A DNA stretch of 43,196 nucleotides from Candidatus Woesearchaeota archaeon (GTDB taxonomy: Archaea; Nanobdellota; Nanobdellia; Woesearchaeales; WAPY01), in contig JBNAUL010000002.1 of NCBI GenBank assembly GCA_049700835.1, forward strand, positions 396,275 to 439,470, in the 5' to 3' direction. This document shows positions 1 through 8,428 of the stretch, in pieces. Below the pieces are notes generated by a model that was given only the letters and a program-made list of their open reading frames with translations, did not search any database and was not told the origin of the DNA. Position numbers and translations under genes: made by a program. Numbering within the stretch: the first letter of the stretch is position 1; each line of letters opens with the position of its first letter.

Positions 1-1
1 G

Positions 2-367
2 GAGAGGATTGATGCTCTTGCAGAAAAGATAAAGAAGCTTGATTTGAAAGCAGAAGCAAGCGTAAAAATCTCAGATGAACTCAAGAATTTTCTCAACAGA
101 AAATCAGAAATAGAAAAACTCCTGAACGAAATGAGAGATGAGCAGAATTCCCTTAAAAAGGAAACCCAAGAATTTTTGAAAAAACTCAAGGTCTTAAAGG
201 TTCTGTCAAAAAAACCAAGGGAGAATGAAATAAAGGAAATGGAAGAAAATTATTCAAAACTTGAAGAGAAGAGAGGAAAAATAGAAGAGCTCTACAACAA
301 GATTTCCTCTCTGCTAAAAAGCGTATCCAGCACATCCAAAAACCAGAATAAAGAAAAAAATAGATAG
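2..367 (+). CDS. Coiled-coil hypothetical protein, 5'-truncated by the window edge
   Basis: The frame of ORF 44..367 stays open back to base 2 (ERIDALAEKIKKLDL...), so the TTG at 44 is probably not the start. E/K/L heptad-rich; ends TAG at 365-367. Confidence 0.75.
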   Translation, partial: ERIDALAEKIKKLDLKAEASVKISDELKNFLNRKSEIEKLLNEMRDEQNSLKKETQEFLKKLKVLKVLSKKPRENEIKEMEENYSKLEEKRGKIEELYNKISSLLKSVSSTSKNQNKEKNR

Positions 368-666
368 AGAAGGAAAAAGAAATAAAAAAATAAGCAATAA
401 ATCATAAAAGTAAGCAATAATAAAGGTAAGTGCAATAAATCTTAGTGAAATCTTGCTGAAATCGTGCTGTTGCATGATGAATTAAAGAAAATAAAAGCTA
501 TAAAGAAATATAAATAATTTAAGGATAGAACATTGAGGGTAAATAATGCAAAGAGAACAAAAGAAAATAAAAATAAATTAATTATAATTTTATGGAATAA
601 TTTAAAGTAAAAAGGTAAAGTAAAAAGGCAAAAAGGATTAAAATAAAATGGTTTAAAGGTGATTTT

Positions 667-2199
667 ATGGAAAAAGAGGTGGTGATTGACAGTTATTCCT
701 TTCTTTCAAACAACATTCCTGTGAAAATATCAATAAAGAGAGAGAAAAATTCTTTCGTACCAATATACCATGTTGAACTCTCAACTATTTCAAATACGAC
801 AAAGATAATACTTGAAAAGATAAGGGAAGAACTTATACAAAAGATAGATTTAGGAGTTGTGGACATAACAGACACAAAAAAAGAAAATTTGATGGAAGAG
901 AAGTTCAAGGAAATGATAATTCTGTTGGTTAAAAAGCATTTTCCAGAAGCGGAAGAAAACATACAGAACCATCTTATAGCATACCTAATTCAAAGGAGCC
1001 TTGGTTTTGGAGATTTGGAAATCCTTATGGCTGACAAGTTGTTGGAAGAGATAGTTGTCAACAGCGCAGAAGAACCTGTATGGGTTTATCACAAAAAATA
1101 CGGTTGGTTGAAAACTAACATTGCAATAACAAAAGAAGAAGAGATAAGGCACTATGCAACAATGATGGCGCGCAGAGTTGGCAGGCAGATAACTGTGCTT
1201 TCTCCTTTGCTTGACGCCAATCTTAAAAGTGGGGATAGGGTAAACTGCACGCTTGAGCCAATATCTGCAAACGGCAACACAATAACCCTGAGAAAATTCG
1301 CTTCAGAACCTTGGACAATAACAAAGTTTTTGGAATCCAAAACAATATCAGAGGACTCAGCAGCATTGATATGGCTTGCAGTTCAATACGAACTTTCAAT
1401 ACTTATTGCAGGAGGAACAGCATCTGGAAAAACCTCAACGCTAAACGCAATAGCAAACTTCTTCCCACCAAACCAAAGAGTAATAAGCATTGAAGACACA
1501 AGAGAAATCGTGCTGCCAAAATTCCTGCACTGGGTTCCGATGGTTACAAGGCAGCCGAATACAGAAGGAAAAGGAGAGATAACCATGCTTGACCTGCTTG
1601 TCAACTCTTTGAGAATGAGGCCTGACAGGATAATAGTTGGAGAGGTTAGAAGGCAGAGGGAAGCTGAAATACTTTTTGAAGCAATACACACGGGACACAG
1701 CGTTTATGCAACAGTCCACGCAAACAATGTCCAAGAAACAATTACCAGATTGACAAGCCCTCCAATAAACATTCCAAAATCAATGATTCCTGCAATATCA
1801 ATGATAATGGTTCAGTACAGAAACAGGAGAACAGGAATAAGGAGAACATTCCAAATAGCAGAGATACTTCCTGACGCAACTCCAAACATTCTCATGCAGT
1901 TTGACATAAAAAAGGACGAGATGAATAAGATAAACAAATCAATATCCTTAATGGACACCCTGCAGCTTTACACAGGATATTCAAGAACAGAAATTGAAAA
2001 GGATATTGATCAAAAGATAAAGGTTCTGAAATGGCTTGTTCAGCACAAGATAAGCGATGTAAACCATGTTGGAAGAATAATGGCTGAGTACTACACAAAC
2101 AACGAGGAGTTTATGAAAATAGTTGAAAAGAACAAGGATTTCAACTTTGAGGAAGAATTGAAAGAAAACAAGGAAGAAAAGGTTAACAAAAAAGAATGA
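667..2199 (+). CDS. Type II/IV secretion (VirB11/TadA/ArlI-family) pilus assembly ATPase
   Basis: Walker A AGGTASGKTS, Asp box SIEDTREI, LRMRPDRIIVGEVR (Walker B), His box HTGH..TVH. SD-like AGGTGA upstream. Confidence 0.95.
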   Translation: MEKEVVIDSYSFLSNNIPVKISIKREKNSFVPIYHVELSTISNTTKIILEKIREELIQKIDLGVVDITDTKKENLMEEKFKEMIILLVKKHFPEAEENIQNHLIAYLIQRSLGFGDLEILMADKLLEEIVVNSAEEPVWVYHKKYGWLKTNIAITKEEEIRHYATMMARRVGRQITVLSPLLDANLKSGDRVNCTLEPISANGNTITLRKFASEPWTITKFLESKTISEDSAALIWLAVQYELSILIAGGTASGKTSTLNAIANFFPPNQRVISIEDTREIVLPKFLHWVPMVTRQPNTEGKGEITMLDLLVNSLRMRPDRIIVGEVRRQREAEILFEAIHTGHSVYATVHANNVQETITRLTSPPINIPKSMIPAISMIMVQYRNRRTGIRRTFQIAEILPDATPNILMQFDIKKDEMNKINKSISLMDTLQLYTGYSRTEIEKDIDQKIKVLKWLVQHKISDVNHVGRIMAEYYTNNEEFMKIVEKNKDFNFEEELKENKEEKVNKKE

Positions 2200-2234
2200 A
2201 AAATAAAATATAAGGTTTATTTAAATTTAAGCAA

Positions 2235-3041
2235 GTGGTTTTGATGCAAGCATACATAAGAAGATTTTTCCATGGGCTGAAATTGAAGTTGCTGCAGGCA
2301 GGGATAAACTATGGGGTTGAGGAGTTCATAAAGAGAACTTTGATAACGAGTTTGTACTTCACAGTATTCTTATCCTTCATTGTTTTTGTATTCGCGAAAG
2401 AACTGAAAAACAAGTTTCTATACCTCTTAATTCCAGTAATATTCATTTTTTCTTTTCAATACTTTCTAAAGCTTCCTGAGGTCATCATAAGAAAAAAGGA
2501 GAGAATGATTGGAAATGAGCTTGTTTTTGCAGGTAGGTTTCTGATAGTTGAACTTGAATCAGGAGTTCCTATATACAATTCAATAATTAATCTTTCAAAG
2601 AACTTTAAGGTTATAGGAAGTTATTTTCAGCAGATAATAAACAAGGTAAACATGGGAAGCACTATGGAGGAAGCAATAACAGAGGTTATTGAGATTACTC
2701 CTTCGCAAAATTTTAGGAGGATTCTGTGGCAGTTGCTAAATTCCTTAAAAACAGGTGCTGATGTAGCGCAATCCCTAAACGCTGTTGTTGAGCAGATAAC
2801 AAGGGAACAGATGATTGAGATACAGGAATACGGTAGAAAACTAAATCCATTAGCAATGTTCTACATGATGATTGCAGTCATTGTGCCGACACTCGGGCTT
2901 ACGATACTTGTAATAATTGGTTCTTTTCTTGGAATAAATATTGGAATAATGCACTTGCTGCTCATCGCGTTGTTCATAGGTTTCATACAATTCATGTTCA
3001 TGGCAATAATAAACAGCGCAAGACCATCTGTAGGCTTTTAA
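2235..3041 (+). CDS. Type II secretion system F family membrane platform protein (TadB/TadC-like)
   Basis: Two N-terminal TM helices, T2SSF-like cytoplasmic core (ELESGVPIY...GSTMEEAI...SLKTGADVAQSL), two C-terminal TMs; directly after the ATPase. Start may be ATG 2244. Confidence 0.88.
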   Translation: MVLMQAYIRRFFHGLKLKLLQAGINYGVEEFIKRTLITSLYFTVFLSFIVFVFAKELKNKFLYLLIPVIFIFSFQYFLKLPEVIIRKKERMIGNELVFAGRFLIVELESGVPIYNSIINLSKNFKVIGSYFQQIINKVNMGSTMEEAITEVIEITPSQNFRRILWQLLNSLKTGADVAQSLNAVVEQITREQMIEIQEYGRKLNPLAMFYMMIAVIVPTLGLTILVIIGSFLGINIGIMHLLLIALFIGFIQFMFMAIINSARPSVGF

Positions 3042-3071
3042 AAAAATTAAACAAAAATAAAAAATTGGGAA

Positions 3072-4394
3072 ATGAAAGGAAAAAAAATCAGTAGAAATGA
3101 AAGGAAAAGAGAAATTGAAAGCAAGGATAAAAAAGAAAATAGAGAAGAAAACAGAGAGAATAGAGCAAGAATAGAAGAAGCAAAGGAAATAGGGATTAAA
3201 AGCGTAGATTTTAATAAATTGGAAAACAAGAGCGAGCAGAAACCTCAGGAACAAAATAAAAAAAATAAAACTGAAAAAGGCATAGAAGGCATAGAGGAAA
3301 AAAAGAAAAGAATATTCTCAATAGCGCTAAAAAATGCAGGAGAAAAAAACAGGGAAATAAAAAAAAAATTAAAAACCATTGAAGGAGAAAAGGCAAAAAC
3401 TCCTAAAAAGACAACAAACATAAAGAAATTGTTGAAAGAGTACACGCTAAAGGCAGGAATTGAAACAGAGCCAGAGGTAATAAGAAGGAAAATATTTAAT
3501 GCTTCCCTTGTTCTGACGCTTGTTGCAACAATAATAATTTCCTTCAGAGCAATAATTAAAGGAACAGGTTTTATTGATGCTGCAAAATTCATTCTTGCGT
3601 TATGGATTGTTCTGCTCTTTGCTTCGATTGGCGTTTGCTGGCTTATTTTCTTTGTCTATGTTGATTTGCTTATCTACAAAAGAAAGATCGAGATTGAAAA
3701 TGTTCTTGCTGATTTCCTGCAGTTGACATCTGCAAATGTAAGGGCAGGAATGCCGATAGACAAAGCATTGTGGTATTCAATAAGACCGCGCTTTGGTGTT
3801 TTAGCAAAAGAGATGGAAACTGTTGCAAAAGAAACAATGTCAGGAGTTAGTTTAGAAGATGCTCTTACAAGGTTCTCCCAAAAGTACGACTCTGCAACGC
3901 TTAAAAACTCAATCAGCTTATTGATAGAGGGAATAAATGCTGGCGGTGAGGTTGGCTACATTCTTGATAGGATTTCCAACAACATACAAGAAACACAAAT
4001 CATAAGAAGGGAAATGGCTGCGAATGTTATAACATATGTAATATTCATAACATTTGCTTCAATATTGGCAGCCCCTTTTCTAATGGCTCTTTCATACCAA
4101 CTGCTAACAATAATAAACTCCTTAGGGTCTCAGATGGCTACTGAACAGGTTCCAAACACTATGGGACTAAGCATTTCATTCTCAAAGATTGCAATAAATC
4201 CAAGCCAGTTCAGAATTTTTGCAATACTTACACTATCCATAACATCAATGTTTTCTGCAATGATAATCTCAATAATACAGAAGGGAAGCATAAAAGCAGG
4301 GCTTAAATTAATACCAATTTACATAATGATTTCAATAGCATTGTTTTTAATACTGATAAAAATAACCTCATCTTTCTTCGCTAACCTGTTCTAA
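3072..4394 (+). CDS. Type II secretion system F family protein (TadC/TadB-like) with long K/E-rich N-terminal extension
   Basis: LADFLQLTSANVRAGMPIDKAL...GVSLEDAL...GINAGGEVGYIL T2SSF signature, multiple TMs; first ~115 aa are low complexity. Confidence 0.88.
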   Translation: MKGKKISRNERKREIESKDKKENREENRENRARIEEAKEIGIKSVDFNKLENKSEQKPQEQNKKNKTEKGIEGIEEKKKRIFSIALKNAGEKNREIKKKLKTIEGEKAKTPKKTTNIKKLLKEYTLKAGIETEPEVIRRKIFNASLVLTLVATIIISFRAIIKGTGFIDAAKFILALWIVLLFASIGVCWLIFFVYVDLLIYKRKIEIENVLADFLQLTSANVRAGMPIDKALWYSIRPRFGVLAKEMETVAKETMSGVSLEDALTRFSQKYDSATLKNSISLLIEGINAGGEVGYILDRISNNIQETQIIRREMAANVITYVIFITFASILAAPFLMALSYQLLTIINSLGSQMATEQVPNTMGLSISFSKIAINPSQFRIFAILTLSITSMFSAMIISIIQKGSIKAGLKLIPIYIMISIALFLILIKITSSFFANLF

Positions 4395-4398
4395 AATA

Positions 4399-5253
4399 CT
4401 AAAATTTACCGTGTTTAAAAGCAAGAATAGATTGCATTCTTTTGTTTTTAACAATTCCATTAAAACCAGCTTCTCTCAATCTTCTTATTGTTTTTCTTTC
4501 AAAATCAATTCCTCTCTTTTCTCCTGGTCTTCCAATGTAATGGCAAAGCCTGCCGTTTTCTTTTAGAATTCTATAAAAATTATTGTACAATTTCCTGGAA
4601 TAAAGTTCTGGAGCTATTTTCAGCGATGGCGGATCGTGCATTATCGCATCAAATGTTTTATCCATTGATTTTTCAGCAAATGATTCAACAGAATCAAAAA
4701 TGAATTTTATCTTTTTGTTGGAGAACAATTCTTTGCTCCAAGGATTAAACTTCATCAGTTCAATTACATTCCTATCCTTTTCAATAGTGAAAACTTTAAC
4801 CACTTCCTTTTTCTTTGCAATGTTTATAGCAGTATAACCCAAACCAGTGCATGTGTCTAAAACAGTTCCTCTTGGTTTTAAAAATTCGATCAAGTTTTTG
4901 GCGTTCTCAAAAGGTTTTGTATGCTTCAAGCAATGCATTCTTATGCCTGAAATTTCAAAAGTCGGGGCTTCTTGTGTGGGCAGCAATTTATAGAAGAGTT
5001 TTGTTTCTTCTGAGAAGAAGGCAATCCTTTTCAGAGAGTTTTTCTGCACAATAAAACAGAACCTTTCCTCGTCTCTTAGTTCTTTCAGTTGCTCAAAACT
5101 AAGGCGGTTTTTATCAGGGAAAAAAACCTTACCTTGATTTATCAGTATTTCTGATTTGCTAATCCCTAAATCAAGAGAAACCATTGCAGATTGCTTATTG
5201 TTTTCCAATGCTTCCAATATCTCCTTTATTTGAAAATGAGACAGCACTATCAT
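4399..5253 (-). CDS. Class I SAM-dependent methyltransferase (COG2521-like predicted archaeal methyltransferase)
   Basis: Motif I VLDTCTGLGYTA, acidic motif II TIEKD, motif IV HDPP; N-terminal VSLDLG and PTFEISGIRMH segments resemble this family. Substrate unknown. Confidence 0.8.
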   Translation of the reverse strand: MIVLSHFQIKEILEALENNKQSAMVSLDLGISKSEILINQGKVFFPDKNRLSFEQLKELRDEERFCFIVQKNSLKRIAFFSEETKLFYKLLPTQEAPTFEISGIRMHCLKHTKPFENAKNLIEFLKPRGTVLDTCTGLGYTAINIAKKKEVVKVFTIEKDRNVIELMKFNPWSKELFSNKKIKFIFDSVESFAEKSMDKTFDAIMHDPPSLKIAPELYSRKLYNNFYRILKENGRLCHYIGRPGEKRGIDFERKTIRRLREAGFNGIVKNKRMQSILAFKHGKF

Positions 5254-5308
5254 ATTTCTGAACTGAAAACTCCTTAAAAATTTAAAATTTTAAATTCGCT
5301 TCTTAAAA

Positions 5309-5950
5309 TCAGCCCTTTTTCAAATTCTTTACAATTGAAGAAAGTTCATTAACATTTTGGGTGAAGGAAGGCATTATCTTCTTGAAGACCTCTTCCATTG
5401 CCTTTATCTCTGTTCCAACATCAAGTATATGCTGGTCGTATTCCCCAACCTTTTCCAAAATACCCTTCTGCAATTCTGCATACAACTGCTTTAAATCATT
5501 TAGCTGCTGCTCTATTTTAACTATTCTTGCTTCCACCTTGTTTTTCCAGTCAATAACCTTGTTTATGCTCTCAACCAAGTCATTCCATTTCTCATCAATA
5601 ATTGCTTCTGCTATCTGTTCAATCTTTTCTGTTTCAGTATCCAAAATGCTTGGCTGAGCATAGTGAGAAAATTCTCCGTAGTTATAGTCCTCTTCTGACT
5701 GCTGTGTTTGCTGAAGCTGCTGCTGAAAAACTTGAGGGTTTTCTGTTGCCATCTGATTCTGTACATCGAAACTCTCAAGAGGCGGAGATTGCTGCAGAGA
5801 ACTCTTTACATCTGCCTGGCTCAAAGCATCAAATATTTGGTCAGAATTATAACCTTCCCTTTGGAGAACATCGATTATCTGTGCATTCGTAAGACCTTGG
5901 GTTCTCAGTTGCAGAACCTCATTTATAGGAGTTATAGAAGTATCAGCCAT
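5309..5950 (-). CDS. Hypothetical protein: small helical N-domain, Q-rich linker, C-terminal coiled coil
   Basis: 213-aa ORF, SD-like GTGGTGA upstream, heptad pattern from IEQIAEAIIDEKW onward. Confidence 0.8.
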   Translation of the reverse strand: MADTSITPINEVLQLRTQGLTNAQIIDVLQREGYNSDQIFDALSQADVKSSLQQSPPLESFDVQNQMATENPQVFQQQLQQTQQSEEDYNYGEFSHYAQPSILDTETEKIEQIAEAIIDEKWNDLVESINKVIDWKNKVEARIVKIEQQLNDLKQLYAELQKGILEKVGEYDQHILDVGTEIKAMEEVFKKIMPSFTQNVNELSSIVKNLKKG

Positions 5951-6063
5951 AAATCACCACTTTTGTTTTTTGTTCTTATTTTTATTATTCTAATAATTTT
6001 ATTTGCACTTTTTAAAATTTTTGTTTTTTAATTGAAAAAATGAAAATAACCTTTCAGGTTTTA

Positions 6064-6480
6064 TTATGGTTTTCCCAAGTATTCCTTTATTATCTTTTCA
6101 ACATCTTCCCTTGTAACAAACTTTAACGGCTCCCACAAATCAATGTATTTCTTTAAAACATTAACATCGTCCTTTTTTGCGCTGAGCTTCAGTTCTTTGA
6201 CAATCAAAATAATTCTGTCCTTTATTTCATTTATCTCCTGCTTAATCTCATCCAACTCAGAGGTTATCGTCTTAATCTCAACACTAAGTTTTTTATTGGA
6301 ATCAAGCATGTTCTCCTCTGTGAGGTGCAATCTATTCTGTATCTTTGTGTAGCGCTCCTCAAGCATTCTAACCCTTCTGCTTATGTTTGAGAAATCAGGA
6401 GCTAAGTTCTGTGGCGCTTCTTGTTTCTTTGGAACAACCTGCTGTTCTTGAACATCCTCTTTTTTTTGCATCAATGCCAT
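6064..6480 (-). CDS. Hypothetical coiled-coil protein
   Basis: 138-aa ORF; RRVRMLEERY...ELDEIKQEINEIKDRI heptads; co-oriented with 5309..5950. Confidence 0.8.
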   Translation of the reverse strand: MALMQKKEDVQEQQVVPKKQEAPQNLAPDFSNISRRVRMLEERYTKIQNRLHLTEENMLDSNKKLSVEIKTITSELDEIKQEINEIKDRIILIVKELKLSAKKDDVNVLKKYIDLWEPLKFVTREDVEKIIKEYLGKP

Positions 6481-6543
6481 TTTACACTTTCTAATGATTG
6501 TTTTTAATTATTATTTTAAATCTTTGCTTTTAATTTGAAAAAA

Positions 6544-8052
6544 TTATTGCTTGCATTGTTCTTTTAGTGTTTTTTCGCTCTTATAGTAAAGTTTTATCTT
6601 TGGTTTTTGTTCTGATTCTAAAGAATTTATTATAACATCAGCATTCAAAGACTCATCAACCGCTCTTAAAGCAAAACCAAAACCCTTCTTTTTCTTAACA
6701 TAATCAGTAACATCAATATCAAACAAACCTGTTTTCTCAATTTTTTTTGTTTCTATCTTTTCCCCAATCCTAGGCTGAACACTCCACTTTATAATAGAAG
6801 GATTAAAATTATTAGGCAATTCATAAATACTCACCTCAATATTATCACCCTTCAACTCCATAACATTAAACACAAACAAAGCCTTCAACAAATTATTAGA
6901 ATCCAACTTTGAAATGTCTTGATAGATGTAGCTTCTTAGTATGCCATCATCATTTCCAACATGCAAATCAATCCTATTATTAAAATTATTCCCAGGACTT
7001 TTTGAATAAAGATAAAAATCATCCTGCGGATAAACGACCCTTAACTCATAATTAGTTTTATAATCTTCTGTAATACTTATTTTGTCTTCAACACTATCAC
7101 TTATTTGATGATCACACTTGAATCTTGGAGCATCATACTCAACAACAACCTTAACATCCTTATTCAATAAATCACAAGGATCATCAAAGAATTTTTCAAG
7201 CTCTAAAACAACATCCTTGTTAGAACCAACACCAATCTCTGTATTAACTATGTTTAAAACATCAACAAAACTTAATTCCTTACCATTAAACAAAACTCTT
7301 ATATTCTTAATTCTTAACGGAATTTCACCATCATTTTTCAATTTAAAACTCAAAACAACTTTATCCAACAAATTAAGTTTTAAATCATTCATTGCAAGAT
7401 TATAATTTGGAGAAGAACTAACCATCTCAAAATTAATCTCCTCTGCCAAAGCCCTCAAAGCTTCACCACTAACCTGCTTTCCAAAAACAAACAACTCATA
7501 ACTATTACTCCCATTAGGAGCAAAAACATAATAATAATTACTGGCTCCAACAGCAATGGCTCCAACAGCAATGCACGCTATTCCTTTTTCCTCATCAGCG
7601 CAAACAACAGCGCCGCAGCNNNNNNNNNNNNNNNNNNNNNNNNNNNNNNNNNNNNNNNNNNNNNNNNNNNNNNNNNNNNNNNNNNNNNNNNNNNNNNNNN
7701 NNNNNNNNNNNNNNNNNNNGTCTCGTGCTTTTTTTACTACTTCTTCATCCCAAACTATGCTTGGACTCGACATTTGTCCTCCATTAAAATACCATTCCCC
7801 ATTTTCATCATCAAAAAAATTATCTCCCTTCAAGTTTTCTTTTGAAAAATCACAAACATAATCCCCTTCCTGCAAAACATTATTATTATTATCCTTTAAC
7901 AACTTTCCTGTTGTAGATATCTTTAAATCAACATCAAAAAAAGAGTTCTCGCCTGTGAAAAACAACTGCCTTTTCTCATAAGTTTCTGCTCTTGCAAAAA
8001 AACAAAGATAAAAACTCATTATCAAAAATAACAAAATAATCTTTTTGCTCAT
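6544..8052 (-). CDS. Secreted protein with Ig-like region and C-terminal DNRLRE-type domain (spans assembly gap; continuity uncertain)
   Basis: ATG 8052 preceded by GGAGGTG; signal peptide MSKKIILLFLIMSFYLCFFARA. C-terminus DDFYLYSKSPGNNF...LRSYIYQDIS...IKWSVQP...DIDVTDYVK...NSLESEQKPKIKLYY matches the DNRLRE pattern, as does the N-domain of 27365..31429. Confidence 0.65.
   Translation of the reverse strand: MSKKIILLFLIMSFYLCFFARAETYEKRQLFFTGENSFFDVDLKISTTGKLLKDNNNNVLQEGDYVCDFSKENLKGDNFFDDENGEWYFNGGQMSSPSIVWDEEVVKKARDXXXXXXXXXXXXXXXXXXXXXXXXXXXXXXXXXXCGAVVCADEEKGIACIAVGAIAVGASNYYYVFAPNGSNSYELFVFGKQVSGEALRALAEEINFEMVSSSPNYNLAMNDLKLNLLDKVVLSFKLKNDGEIPLRIKNIRVLFNGKELSFVDVLNIVNTEIGVGSNKDVVLELEKFFDDPCDLLNKDVKVVVEYDAPRFKCDHQISDSVEDKISITEDYKTNYELRVVYPQDDFYLYSKSPGNNFNNRIDLHVGNDDGILRSYIYQDISKLDSNNLLKALFVFNVMELKGDNIEVSIYELPNNFNPSIIKWSVQPRIGEKIETKKIEKTGLFDIDVTDYVKKKKGFGFALRAVDESLNADVIINSLESEQKPKIKLYYKSEKTLKEQCKQ
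7620..7719. other. Scaffold gap (100 N)
   Basis: Run of exactly 100 N; true length unknown. Confidence 0.99.
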
Positions 8053-8428
8053 CAAAAACACCTCCTAATTATTTTTTATGTTTTTTATCTTTTTTTTATT
8101 TTTGTCTTTTAAAAATTTTTAATCTCTTTTTAATGTTATCTAAATTTAATCTAACCTTTATTTTTAATTTTTGTTTTTTTATTTTTAATTTTTTACAATT
8201 CTGCTCAAAAACTTTTCACACTTTTGATTTTTAACAAATTATTTTTCTCACAAGATATTTTTATCATAAAATTTTCTTATTCTTTGTTACTTTTTTATTC
8301 TTCTTAGTTTTTATTCATTCATCTCTTTATTTATATTGTTTTTATTTATTTGCTTTTATTTATATTGCTTTTGCTTTTCTTGATCACTAATTTTTACCAA
8401 TGTATTCTTAAAATTTACTTAGAGTTAC

